NCBI GenBank assembly: GCA_963666925.2
Contig: CAXXTC010000007.1
Coordinates: 288,001-352,000, forward strand
Length of the DNA: 64,000 nt
Reading direction: 5' to 3'
Source of the DNA: Phycisphaerae bacterium
GTDB taxonomy: Bacteria > Planctomycetota > Phycisphaerae > UBA1845 > Fen-1342
In this document: positions 50,693-62,300 of the stretch, one piece after another
How positions within the stretch are numbered: position 1 is the first letter of the stretch
How the letters are laid out: each line of letters begins with the position of its first letter
Position numbers and translations under genes: made by a program
Notes under the pieces: generated by a model
What the model was told of the DNA's origin: nothing
Seen by the model: the letters and a program-made list of their open reading frames with translations, nothing else
Databases searched by the model: none

Positions 50693-51650
50693 CTACTCCG
50701 CTTCGTACGGCAGCGGCGCGCCGGTCAGCCGGCGATAGATGGCCTCGTACCCCGCACGCGTCTTGGCCAGGATATGGTCCGGAATAGTCGGTGGCGGCGG
50801 CTGCTTGTTCCAGTCCAGCGAGTCGAGATAGTCGCGGAGAAACTGCTTGTCAAAACTGGGCTGGTCGTCGCCCACGCGATAGTGCTCCATCGGCCAGAAC
50901 CGTGACGAGTCCGGCGTCAGCACTTCGTCCGCCAGCAGTAGCTCACCGTCACGCAAACCAAACTCGAATTTCGTGTCGGCCAGGATGATGCCACGCTCGG
51001 CCGCATGGGTGGCAGCCTGGTTATATATGTCGATCGAACGCCGGCGCACACGCTCCATCACGTCGCGCGCATCCAGCGACACACTCCGCTTCGGTGCCAG
51101 AAACCGCGCCACCGTATCGCACGCATGATCAAACGAGATCGGCTTGTCATGCCCGACCGTCTCCTTGGTCGACGGCGTGAAAATAGGCTCGGGCAACTTC
51201 TCCGCCCGGCGCAGCCCCGGCGGCAGCTCCACCCCGCTGACCGACCGCGTGGCCTGGTACTCCTTCCACCCGCTGCCGATGATGTACCCGCGCACGATGC
51301 ACTCGATCGGCAGAATCTCAACCCGGTGCACAATCGTGGCCCGCCCGCGAAGCTGGTCAACGTACGGCGCATAGTCCGCCGGTACGCGATCATCGTCGAC
51401 GATGTAATCCAGATGGTGCGGCTTACACGCCGGCAGCGTCTCCAGCCAGTAACGCGTCATCTGCGTCAGCAGCATGCCCTTGCCCGGCACCGGCTGGTCC
51501 ATGACCACGTCAAACGCGGAGATCCGATCGGTCGCGACGATCATCATGCGCCCGCCAAGCTTGTACAAATCACGCACCTTGCCGCGATTTGAACAGCTCC
51601 GGCAGATCAGTCTTGAAGATCGTGGGCAGTGGTTCAGCAATATTGGTCAT
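50693..51650 (-). CDS. purC: SAICAR synthase with an apparent 1-nt frameshift near the 5' end
   Basis: RGKVRDLY, ATDRISAFD, ECIVRGYIIGSGW, FTPSTK, ADTKFEFG, DEVLTPDSSRFW and DKQFLRD. MTNIAEPLPTIFKTDLPELF joins NRGKVR if one base is removed at 51588-51590. Confidence 0.95.
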
Positions 51651-51662
51651 GACAATAGGTCC

Positions 51663-52627
51663 TTACTCAGCTCCCGAGAAGTCAGATGAGCCGCGGCGGA
51701 CAGCATCTGAATCGTCCGCCGGCCGGGCCGTGGACGAGTTGGTCTCCTCATTACTTTGTGTCACCCACTCGGCCGCCAATTGCGCCACCGAGTCGGGCAG
51801 CTTGGTTCGGCCCGCCAGGGCCGGATACCCCGGCAGATCCATCAGCCGCCGGGCCAGGTCAATCAGCCGCTTGCGCAGTGCGTGCAGCTCACGCCGCTCG
51901 GCCGCGTGCTGTTCACGCTGGAGGTCCATTTTCAAACGCGTTGTGACGATGGCAGCGACCCGTGCCGCGTCGGCGCACAAGTGCGGCGTCGTTTCGCTCA
52001 GGTCGCCATAGTCCTCCACGCTCCTGCTCCACTCCGTGACCGTGCGTCCATCATACACGTGCTGTAGCAGCGTTGCCTGGTAATGCGCCAGAATGCGCTC
52101 CAATGCCGCCCGTTCATAGCGCGTCGCGTACTTGATGCTGAACGTGCGACCGGCCCCCGCCTGGCGCACCCGCGTCAGCGCGATCAATTCGTCCAGCGCG
52201 CAGCCCGCGCGCCTCACGCGACAGCTCATCAAGCTGCTCCAGAACGGCCGGCGGGGCCCGATTGACCGCCCGTTGCCAAGCCCGCAGCGCCCCGTCCAGC
52301 TCCTCATCGTCGAGCAGCTCGAATCCTTCGCGAATCACCTGCGCAAAATCGCGTGCATTCCAATCCGATGCCCGTGGCACCGCCGTCGGGGCCTGATCGG
52401 GCGGAACCGCGACCTCGCACCGCTCCACACGCACCAACAACGCGGCCGGGAACGTGCGCAGAATGCTTCGGGCCCTTCCCATCAATCGCCACGCTGAACT
52501 GCACACACTCCGCCGTCGTGGCTGAATCAGCCGGCCATAGTGGCGGATTCCGCCGCGCAGGTGGCACAATGTCTGCCTGCCCGACTGCGGGCACAGCCAG
52601 TGTTGCCAGGAGTACCAGCCAGCGCAT
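51663..52627 (-). CDS. hypothetical exported protein split by frameshifts
   Basis: Signal peptide MRWLVLLATLAVPAVGQA. Coding-like segments hop between ORFs 52304-52648, 52114-52569 and 51663-52307. Confidence 0.5.
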
Positions 52628-52697
52628 GTGTAGGTTCCATGCTGACAAAAGAAGTGCCTAGAGCAGTATTATACGCCCGTGAGCACGAACTACAACA

Positions 52698-53732
52698 ATG
52701 ACCCCGGGGAGCGATGCACCGTTGCAGGCCGGAATCATCGGCAGCGGCGAAACGCTGACGCTGGTGGCCACCGCCGCCGCCGCCTGTCCACATCTGCAAC
52801 TCGTGGGCCAGGGCCGGCATGCCCCCAGTCAGCCGCCCACGCCGACATCCCCTGGTTCGACGACCCGCGCGCGGCCTCGCAAACCAGGCCGGCCTACGCG
52901 CCCTGTTACTGGCCACCGCCCCCACGACGGGGCCGGTGCACTGCGCGACCCTCGCCGGCGAACTCGGCCTCGCCTGCTGGCAGTTGCCCCCCGCTGGCGC
53001 GCCACTTCGGCGAAGCCACCGAGGCGGCCGCCCGCGTCGCTCGCGACGGCGCCTTCCTGCGCGTCGCGTCGTGTGGTGGGAGCACGTCGTCGACCACGCC
53101 TGGAACGAGCCTCGCCTGGCCCGACGGCTTCAGCCCTGGTTTTTCGGAGGTTTTCATCGACGCTCCCGGCCCCAGTGCCGACCATTGGACCCGCCAATCT
53201 CAACGAGCGCCGGGCGGCGGGCGCCCTCATATACGCCGGCTATGACCTGCTCGAAGCACTCGTCGCCCTCCGTGGCCTGCCCGACAGCGTAACCGCCATC
53301 ATCGGCAACTATCGCGGCGGCAACAGCCCCACCCGCGAGACCGAAGACACCTCCACCGCCCTTCTGCGTTACCCCGCGGGCGGCAGCGCCATCATACGCG
53401 TTACCTGGGACCTGCCGCCCACGTCCGCTCGGCTGGTGCACTTCAGTGCCACCCACCGCGTCGAGCTCACCGCCGACGAGGTCATCCTCGCCGATGTGGC
53501 TGGCAATACCCAGGACCGCCAGCCCCTGGGCGGCGATTATCTCGCCGGCGAATTGTCGCGTTTTGTCGAATTGGTCCGCAATCGGGCCCGCGACCGCGCC
53601 CTGCTCCCGCTCGAACGCCACCTGGCAGTCAGCGCCCTGCTCGAAACCATCTACCTCGCCGCACGCACCGGCCACCCCGAATCGCCCGCCAAGCTCTACG
53701 AGGCCCAACGCTGGCCCGGACCACGATCATGA
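52698..53732 (+). CDS. Gfo/Idh/MocA-like oxidoreductase with several apparent frameshifts in the 5' half
   Basis: LQAGIIGSG N-terminus, IPWFDDPR / ALLLATAP / PPLARHFGEA segments in alternate frames, then AGALIYAGYDLLE, ETEDT and IYLAARTG. Confidence 0.7.
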   Translation: MTPGSDAPLQAGIIGSGETLTLVATAAAACPHLQLVGQGRHAPSQPPTPTSPGSTTRARPRKPGRPTRPVTGHRPHDGAGALRDPRRRTRPRLLAVAPRWRATSAKPPRRPPASLATAPSCASRRVVGARRRPRLERASPGPTASALVFRRFSSTLPAPVPTIGPANLNERRAAGALIYAGYDLLEALVALRGLPDSVTAIIGNYRGGNSPTRETEDTSTALLRYPAGGSAIIRVTWDLPPTSARLVHFSATHRVELTADEVILADVAGNTQDRQPLGGDYLAGELSRFVELVRNRARDRALLPLERHLAVSALLETIYLAARTGHPESPAKLYEAQRWPGPRS

Positions 53733-53806
53733 CCGCCCGTTCCGCCAATGTAGCTTCTTACGCCGTGCGGGCGTCTGAGCTTGTGAACCAATCGTCCGAA
53801 AGCCAA

Positions 53807-53905
53807 GTGGGGCGGGCGTCTCGCCCGCCGTTTATGGTCCGCAATCCCAGTATGGCGGGCGGGGCGCCCGCTTCTTCTCTGATGTGGGACTTATGAGAAG
53901 GTACG
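53807..53905. repeat. REP/MITE-like element, family B
   Basis: gtggggcgggcgtctcgcccgcc (53807-53829), degenerate right arm 53854-53871 and tail ctctgatgtgggacttatgagaagg. Confidence 0.8.
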
Positions 53906-56741
53906 TCGGCATTTTCCGGTTCACGCCGCTATTGCTGGTGCTCAGCCTGCTCATGGTCGGCTGCGCACCACCGGCCGCCCGCAACGTCGCGATCTGGATC
54001 GTCGACGAAAATAACGCCCTCACTACCGATACCGCGCCAAACGCCGAAAACGCGATTTATTCCGCCGCCCGCGGCACGGCCCAGCTCACCGCCGCCCTGA
54101 ACGAGACCGTCGCATTCCAGCTCGCCCTGCGCACGACGGCCCCGCCCGCCGGCCCGTTCGACGTGGTCGTTTCCGACCTGGCCGGCCCGGGCACCACGCT
54201 CCGCAGCACCGACTGCGTGCAGCGCTACCGCGTCCACTACCAGCGCGTCGAGAATTTTCACGCCTGGTACCCACAACACACCGGCCAGCCCGCCACGCCC
54301 ACGCTCTTCCCCGACTTGCTGGTCCCCTGGGAGGCTCCTACAGGCGGCGGGGCCTCTCCCGCTCCGCGAAAAACGCAACGAAATCGTCTGGATCGACCTC
54401 CGCGTGCCGCCCACGGCCACCCCCGGCCAATATCACGGCCGCGTCGAGGTCCGCACCGCCGGCAGCAGCGCGCCGACGTTCGTCTGTCGGCTCGGTTTGC
54501 AGGTATTGCCGGTCGCGCTGCCCGGCCGGCGCAGCCTGCCGATCATCTGCCGCGTCGATCCCCGCGACCTGCTCGAACAGCAACTGCGCTGGCCGCGCCT
54601 CTCCGCCCCACAGACCCGCCTGTTGCCCACCACCAGCAGTCACCGGGCCGCCCTGAGCCTGGTCAACGAATCAATGTGCCTGTTGCACGCCCATCGCATG
54701 TCGCCGGTGTTGTGGGCTTCGTTCCCCAAGTTCCACCCCACCGGCCCACGCGACGTCGAGATCGACTGGGAGTCCTACGACCAACTCGTCGGCCCCTGGC
54801 TCGACGGCTCCGCCTTTGACGATCGCGTACGCCCGCGCTACTGGCCCATGCCGGCCCTCACTGGATCATCCCGCGGCCGAGCCCGACGGCGGGCTGGATT
54901 CGCCACAATACGCCCGCCTCCTGGCAGCGTACCTGCGCGAATGTGAGCAACATTTCCGTGCCCGCGGCTGGCTGGACGGCGCCTTCCTGCGCATGTTGCC
55001 GCCGTTGCCGCTCACGCAGGACACCGTCGAGCGCTACCGTACCGTCACCGCCATCGTGCAACAGAGCGAGGCCAATCTGCCCATATTGGCCCATCTGCCG
55101 GCCCGTTCGCTGTCCGGCCTCGGCTGGCAGGGCGCGCCGTCGATCGACCGCCTGCCCGTATCGACCTGGGCTCCGCCGGCCATGTGGTACGAGCCCGACG
55201 TCATGAGCCGCGAACGCAACCTCGGCCGACGAACCTGGCTCATGCCGGACCAGCCGCCCTATAGTGCCTCGCTCGCGGTCGAAGCCCCCGCAATCGACCC
55301 GCGCATCCTCCCCTGGCAGGCCTACCGCTACGGTGCCGAGGCCATCTGGATCGAAGACGCTGCCGCCTTGCCGATCGCACGCGCCCGCGGGTCACAATCT
55401 CGCGGCATGCAGGGGCTCGTGTACGGCGCCGAGAACTTCGGCCTGCGTGACCGGTCGCTGCCGTCGATACGCCTCAAGCGTCTGCGCCGCGGTGCCCAGG
55501 ACATCGAACTGCTGCGTTTGCTCGAGGACAACGGCCAGCGCCTGTTGGCCGAAGAACTGGCCCGACAGGTCGTTCGCTGGGCCGTCACCGACTCGGCCGA
55601 CGAAAATCTCCTGGTCACCCGGCCAGGCGGCTGGCCGCATGATCCCGGCGTATTGCGCCTGGCCCGCGAGCTGATCCTGCGCGAGCTGACCAGCGAGTTC
55701 GAGCCCGACCCCGCCACCCGCCGCGAGCAGCTCGGCACCCTCTCGCGCTGGGGCCTGATGATGAACCGGGCCGACCGCGTCGTGCCGGCAGTGGAGGGCG
55801 TACGCCTGTCGCGCTCGCCCCGCGGTTTGCAGGCCCACGTCCGCGCCCACGTGCGCAATACCACCCAGCAAACCCTCAGCGGGCGGTGGACCGTGCTGAA
55901 CCCGCCCCCCGGCTGGCTCCTCATCGTCCCCGAACCACAACGCATCCCCCCCGGTACGCGTCAGCCCGTGGAGTTCGACCTCCTGCTCGGCGGCCTCGCA
56001 TACAACACCGCCGGCGTCTATCCGTTCGACCTGACTTTCGATACCGAGCTGACCGGTGCGTTTCCGGTCGCAGCCCGGCTCGCGGTGGCCGCCTGCCGAT
56101 CCATCGAACGCCCGCCGCTTATCGACGGCCGACTCGACGACTGGCCGCTCGCTGCCGACAATGCCGCCGCCGACTTTCGGCTGTGCAGCACGCCGGGCGG
56201 CACTTCGGGCGGCGTGGCTCCGCCACCGGCACTGCCGACCCAGGCATTTTTCTGTCGCGACGCCCGTAACCTCTACATAAGCGTGCGTTGCACCCTCCAA
56301 CCCGGCGAGCAGCCCCTCTGGCAGTCCGACAACACCATCCCCGTCGAGGGCATGACCCCCTGGGGCCAGGACGTGGTCGAGATCCTCATCGACCCCCGCC
56401 TCGAACCCGCCGGCACCAGCGCCGATATCTACTGCTTACAGGTCAAACCGAGCGGACTGCTGATCGCGACCCGCGGCTGTCGCACCGAGCCGCCCATCGG
56501 CCGATCGTTGCCCTGGTCCAGCGGTGCCCGCGTCGCGGTCAGCGTCGAACGCGACGTCTGGATCGTCGAGCTATCGCTCCCGCTCGAAGCCCTTGGCGAC
56601 GCCGCCCGTCACAATCCGGTCTGGGGCTTCAACATCACCCGGCTCGACGCCCGGCGTGGTGAGTATTCCTCCTGGTCCGGCGCCCGCCGAACCTGCTACA
56701 CCCCCGCCTCCCTAGGCAACCTCCTGATGCTCGCCCCATAG
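53893..56741 (+). CDS. lipoprotein, DUF4091/GH123-like glycoside hydrolase plus CBM9-like C-terminal domain, split by about 2 frameshifts
   Basis: Lipobox LMVGC, AALNETVAFQL, FPDLLVP, VWIDLRVPPTATPGQYHG (alternate frame), PSIRLKRLRRGAQDIELL and PPLIDGRLDDW..WIVELSLPL..WGFNITR. Confidence 0.7.
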
Positions 56742-56780
56742 CATCCCGACGGGAGCAGTGGGGGCGCACCGCCGGCAGAA

Positions 56781-56848
56781 GTGGGGCGGGCGTCTCGCCC
56801 GCCATAATCTCCCCGCCTTTTTCAGAGAAAGGGGATCAAGGGGAGGGT
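56781..56848. repeat. family-B left arm plus family-C element
   Basis: gtggggcgggcgtctcgcccgcc at 56781-56803 and ..ggggatcaaggggaggg ending at 56848. Confidence 0.65.
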
Positions 56849-56880
56849 TCGCCTGCCCGCCCCATCCCATTGCGCAGCAT

Positions 56881-56910
56881 GGCGGGGGACTGATCGCTCA
56901 GTCCCCCGCC
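56881..56910. terminator. hairpin between convergent genes
   Basis: 13-bp stem ggcgggggactga / tcagtcccccgcc followed by gttt. Confidence 0.7.
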
Positions 56911-56919
56911 GTTTAGGAT

Positions 56920-57447
56920 TTATCGCCGACCAGTCATTCGCCGCATCGGCCCGCCCACCCGAGCCGCGCCCCGCCGTTGCTCAACGTGCCGGGCCGGGGA
57001 CGCAATCCGCGCCCCGCTACGGCCGCGGTGCCACTGCGATTGACGGTAGACGTCTCGCCGCTGATGCACACCACTGTTGCCGACCATCCTCACGACTCGT
57101 CGCCCGCCAGTCATGGCGTGCCCGCGGCCGATTCTCCGAGAAACGTACCGGTCGCGAGTAACGTGGTAGCCGACATTGGTCGCTCGAGCCGGCCCAAAGC
57201 GGGACGCGTTCGCGCTGCTCAGCGCAAGCGTTAGCCCGTTTCGATTCACACCCAGGGCGATCGCGTTCCCATTGTCGGTCGCGACCGCCACGGACAACGC
57301 TCCGCTTCCGCCGACCGCAACCGCCGTCGCCGTCAGCGACGCGCGCCCGTTGCCGGCCGCAATCGCTACCGCGGTCGGCTGCTGGGCCCAGGCACTCGCG
57401 CTCAACGCCAACACCATGCCGGCTGCGTGAATCATCATGCGTTTCAT
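56920..57447 (-). CDS. small secreted Ala/Gly-rich protein with an Arg-rich tail
   Basis: AAGGAG SD and signal peptide MKRMMIHAAGMVLALSASAWA. Confidence 0.65.
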   Translation of the reverse strand: MKRMMIHAAGMVLALSASAWAQQPTAVAIAAGNGRASLTATAVAVGGSGALSVAVATDNGNAIALGVNRNGLTLALSSANASRFGPARATNVGYHVTRDRYVSRRIGRGHAMTGGRRVVRMVGNSGVHQRRDVYRQSQWHRGRSGARIASPARHVEQRRGAARVGGPMRRMTGRR

Positions 57448-57601
57448 GGCATCACTCCTTGTCAGATGGCCGTGGGCGTCCTCCGTGGACCGCCGATTCA
57501 CACCCTCTGACGATGATGCCGCCCGCATTATTCACCCCCGACAGGGGCGCCAGCACTTCTCCGAGCGATTATCGTGTTAGTTCGAATTCTTCAAATTTTC
57601 T

Positions 57602-58218
57602 TTGAATACCGTGACCAGCCCCAACGTCAACAAAGCGGAGTTGCACCTGGTTCGACTGGCAGCCGCGGGTGACCGCGACGCCCGCCGCGAGCTGTTCGAG
57701 CGCTACCGCGACGTCGCCTATCGCGTGGCCCAGCGTGTTACCGGGCGCCACGAAGACGCCCTCGACGCCGTCCAGGACGGCTTTATCCGGGCCTTCGAGC
57801 GACTGGCCGACTTCCAGCACGATGCCCGGTTTCAGACCTGCTGCTGCGCATCGTTACCAATCGGGCGCTCGACATGATCCGGGCCCGTCGCGTTCGGCTC
57901 GCCGTCCCGCTGGACCGCAGCTCCGACGACCCGCGGGTCCAACTGCCCGCACCGCCGGCCACAACCCGCCCGGCCCGCCGCCTGGAGCAACAGGAATTGG
58001 CCGAGCGACTGGCCCGCGCCCTGGAAACGCTGCCGCCCGACCAGCGAGCCGCCTTCGCCCTCTTCGCAACGGGCGAAATGACATACGCCGAGATAGCCGA
58101 CGCACTCGGCATACCAATCGGAACGGTAATGAGTCGTCTTTATCATGCTCGCCGTCGACTTCAGGGCCTCCTGCCCGACCTGGCCCCCGGCACTCGCGAG
58201 AATAGGACCGCCCCCTGA
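57602..58218 (+). CDS. ECF (sigma-70 group 4) sigma factor with an apparent 1-nt frameshift near 57839
   Basis: AAAGDRDARRELF..EDALDAVQDGFIRAF..RFQT(W) continues in another frame as LLRIVTNRALD..TYAEIADALGIPIGTVMSRLYHARRRL. Confidence 0.9.
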
Positions 58219-58269
58219 TCCGTCCGTAGAGTGGCGCCGCCAGCGCCCGCGAATTGTGCGAATGCTCTT

Positions 58270-58782
58270 ATGAACGCAATACCTGGAGACAACCCGGAAA
58301 GACTGCTCGAAGCCCTCAGGAGCGCTGATCTGGATCAGTTCAGCCCCGAGGAGGTCGCTCGCATCGAGGGGCTGCTCAACAGCCGCCCCGATCTCGCGTC
58401 CGTCGTTGGTGAGCAGCCTGCCACCCCCGACGCCGGGCTGGCGAGCGTCCTGCGACAGTCCTCCGCTCCTCAGACCCCCTCTGCATCAGAGTGGGAAAGC
58501 GTTTGGGAAAACATCGAAACCGCACCGGCCACCACTGCGAATCAACCTTCCCGCCGCTGGTTGCATTGGTGGACGCCACTGACAGCGATAGCCGCCGGCC
58601 TGCTGCTCGGAATCGTCTGGAGATCCGCACCAGCTCCGACGACTGCCCCCTGGCCGCTCCAGCTCGCCACCGACGTCGAGATCCAATCCCTCGAAGTCTA
58701 CGGTGATGCGACGCCGATGATAGTCAGCACCGGCGGCACCGACAGCATCGATGTGATCTGGGTGCTTGAAGACGAAGGCTAA
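58270..58782 (+). CDS. putative anti-sigma factor (single TM)
   Basis: Follows the ECF gene. WESVWENIE, TM LTAIAAGLLLGIVW and a short periplasmic domain ending VIWV. Confidence 0.7.
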   Translation: MNAIPGDNPERLLEALRSADLDQFSPEEVARIEGLLNSRPDLASVVGEQPATPDAGLASVLRQSSAPQTPSASEWESVWENIETAPATTANQPSRRWLHWWTPLTAIAAGLLLGIVWRSAPAPTTAPWPLQLATDVEIQSLEVYGDATPMIVSTGGTDSIDVIWVLEDEG

Positions 58783-58851
58783 GCGCGCCAACATGCCGAC
58801 GTTGCCCGTCTACCAACGGGATCCGTGTGATACTCCTCAGAGGAAACGATC

Positions 58852-59316
58852 ATGCTACGGCTGAACCATCCGGCCCGTCTCGCCCTCCTCGTCGCACTGC
58901 TCGGTTTCATCGGCACCGAACTGGCCGCCGCTCTCGACGACAACGAAAACGTCGCCGTACAGGTCTGGGCCATCCGCGCTACACGCAAGAACAGCGTCGT
59001 TTCCCCCGAGCTGAAGAGCATCGCCGACCAGCTCAAAAAGCAATTCAAATACACCGGCTTCAAGCTCGAAGCCCAGCGCTCCGGCACCGTCGGGCTCGGC
59101 CAGACCTACTCGACCAGCCTCATCGGCGGCTACTCCGCCAAAATCACCCCAGAGAAACACGACGGCAAACGCGTCCAGCTCCAAGTCGAGATACTCAAGG
59201 GCAAAGAACGCAAGCTACGCGCCACCGTCACCCTCAGCGTCGGCCGATTCCAGTTCTTCGGCGGCCAGAGCCTCACCGGCGGCGACGCGCTCATCGTCGG
59301 CACCGCCGCCCGCTGA
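58852..59316 (+). CDS. secreted hypothetical protein in the ECF operon
   Basis: GAGG SD, signal peptide and basic beta-rich domain. Confidence 0.75.
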   Translation: MLRLNHPARLALLVALLGFIGTELAAALDDNENVAVQVWAIRATRKNSVVSPELKSIADQLKKQFKYTGFKLEAQRSGTVGLGQTYSTSLIGGYSAKITPEKHDGKRVQLQVEILKGKERKLRATVTLSVGRFQFFGGQSLTGGDALIVGTAAR

Positions 59317-59349
59317 CCAGCCCCATCCCATCACCACCCGCCAACGAAA

Positions 59350-62300
59350 CTACTCAGCAAAGAACCCCTGGAATCCCAGGAAATCCTGCATATCGACGTC
59401 GCTGTCGGTCGTGAGATCGGTGCACTCGCAATCGGGCGCCGGCGTGACCTCCGGGCCCATCAGACAGTCCGCCAGATACGCGAAATCATCCACATCAACA
59501 TCGCCGTCCAGATCAAAATCGCCCGGCAGCGGCCTCTGCACGTACACCTCGAACGTAGCAATGCCCCAGTCGTTAGCGCTCTCTGCGTGCCACGTCACCA
59601 GCCCGCCGGTAGGGGAGATACACGGAGCGAGATCGTCGTAATCATTATCCGTAAGCTGCCGGACATTGCCGTCGATCCAGGCATAGATCTCCCAGTCACT
59701 GCCGTCGAACCCCTGCCAGACGACCAACCCGTCTGAGCTGATCTGCGGGTGCTCATCATGCGTAGCGTTGCTCGTCAGCGTGGTCAGCGCACCGCCACTG
59801 GTTATGCAGCGGATTTCCCAGTTGTCACTGCCCATCGACATCCACACGATCTGGTCATCATCACTGATCTGCGGATACCAGTCGTGGTGTGCGTCGTTGG
59901 TCAGCCGCACTGGCACCCCACCGGTCGCGTCAACGCTGTACAGCTCGGTCGTGTCCGTGGAAATCCAGCTATGCCACACAACGCGCCCCGCCGCGTTGAT
60001 CTGCGGGTACTCATCCTCGTAGTCGTTGTCTGACAGGTTGATCAGGTCCGATCCGTCGGCGTTAGCGCTGTAGATCTCCCAGTCCTCGCCATCGTGACCG
60101 AACCACACCACCCGCCCGGAGCTGTTGATCTGCGGCCAGACATCCTCGCGCGGCCGCTCACCGACCAACCCGTTGTCGGTGATCTGCACCAGGTCCGTTC
60201 CGTCGGCGTTAGCGCTGTAAATCTCGTAGTCGCTGCCGTCCCAGCCGTCCCAGACGATGCGCCCCGCATCATTAATCTGCGGGTGCCAGTCGTCCGTGGC
60301 GTTATCGGTAATGCGTACGACCGCAGAGCCGTCGGCGTTTGCGGTGAAGATCTCGTAGTCCTGCCCGTCAAACGCCTGCCAGACGATCTGGTTCACCGCG
60401 TTGATCTGCGGAGCCTCGTCGATCCAGTCGTTCGCTGTGATGACTGCGACGCCGCTGCCGTCCGCGTTGGCCGAGTAAATCTCGTAGTCCATGCAATCAA
60501 ACCCGTACCACACCACCCGCCCGCTCGCGTTGACACGTGGCTGCCAGTCTTCCTGGTCGTTGTCGGTGATGCGAGTCTGGATGGCGTCGTATGGTCCCGC
60601 CGTCGGCGGCGGACCACCCGGCACGTGCATACCACCCGACTCCTCGTGCACGTTGATATCAAAGATGTACTCATACCAGTTGTTCAGCCGGTGATAACCG
60701 TCGTGGTCGTTCCAGCCTTCCACGTGCGGCATGTGTGCAAACCACCACTTCATGTAATTGCGATGATAGTCCGGCCCACCCCACGTCTCGCAATCGACCC
60801 AATCTGTTTGCCCCGTCAGGTTCGGAAAGTTCAGCAGCCAGTCGTCCGCCGTGCTCAGCACGCTCGTGTAATTCTCGTAATCGTAATCAGTGTCACCATT
60901 CGGCGGGTAGTGCACCGTCCCGCAGGCGGCGTCGCCCGACTGCGTTATGTTGTGGGTGAAACGCTCCCAATCAGTTCGGCTCTGCGTGATGTCCCAGAAC
61001 CCGCCGTGCACTTTCTTGATGTGATCCTCACACCGATGGCCCAGGCTGTGAAGCATCTCGCCCACCCCACGCTCGTAGTTGAAACCCATGATCGCGAACA
61101 GCCGGGCCCCCGCGATCTGGGCAACCGGACCCGAGTTGATGTAATACGCCCCCAGCCCAGCCATCGTCGATTCCCAGTAGCCGAAGTAAGGCGCACCGTG
61201 AATGTGCACTTCGTCCACCTGGCCGGCGTCAACCTTACGCGCCAGGTCGTAGTCGCGGATCACCGCGCGATAGTCGACCGCATCCGGCGAATACCACGGA
61301 TCCCCGTCATACAAGCACCCGAAGTAACTTTCGTCCGTGTAACGAAAGCCCGTTTGCTTGATCGGATAAACGTCCGCGTTGATCTCGTTAACCACGCGAT
61401 GGACAACCAGACCATCGCTGGCCTCTTCCATATCCATGATCCAGTCGGCCGTCAGCGTCTGCGGATCCACACCGTTCCACCAGCCGGGGACGGCATACAG
61501 CCGCTCGACGATCGGCTCGCCGTCGATCTCCTCGATGATCGGGTTGTAGTGGACCGCGAAAGTGCGGGGCAGGTGCTGTTCCAGCGGCGCTTCGGTGCTC
61601 GTGACCTCCAGCCACGCTGTCCCGTGGACGTCACCAAGGTCAGCGTATACGTACGTTCCACCCACGCCCACGCCGGTGGCCAGACCGCCGGCATCAATCG
61701 TCGCCACTTCCGAATCGGCCGTGTCCCAGTCGGCCTCACTGGTAACGTCGTACCGGTCCGGCCCCAGGCTCAGCGACGCTTCCGCACCGTACTGAACCGA
61801 CCCGTCCAACGGGATGGTAAACTCTGCCGGCGTGACCTCGATCATGTTGATGTCGCGCGGAACCCCGCCGATCAGCACCGTGTAGACCGGCGCCGCGGTC
61901 TGCAATTCCAATTCGTAGATGTGCACATAGTCGTCGCCCGACAGACGCTCGACCGTGAAACGGTAGATCCGCCGCGTCACCGGCGCGTCGTTCCATTCCA
62001 CCCAGTTCACCGTCTCGCCCGGGGCTGTCAGCGGCCCGAGTATCTGCACCCACGTGCCGGTCCGACCGTCTAGGTCCTCGAGCGTGTCAGCCGCCTCCAG
62101 CATCCAGCTATGTTCCGGATTCGAAAACTTCGATCGCGCCGCGCCCGTGGTCTGGGGCATATTGAACTCGATCGTGATCACGGCCGGATTGACCGAGGCG
62201 GTACGCATCAGTGTGCTGAAATCCCGGTCGAAGAGGTTGCCCGGGCTGCCGATATCGTAGGCCGGAACCGTGAGCTGAGCTGCACCACCATCGATCAGCT

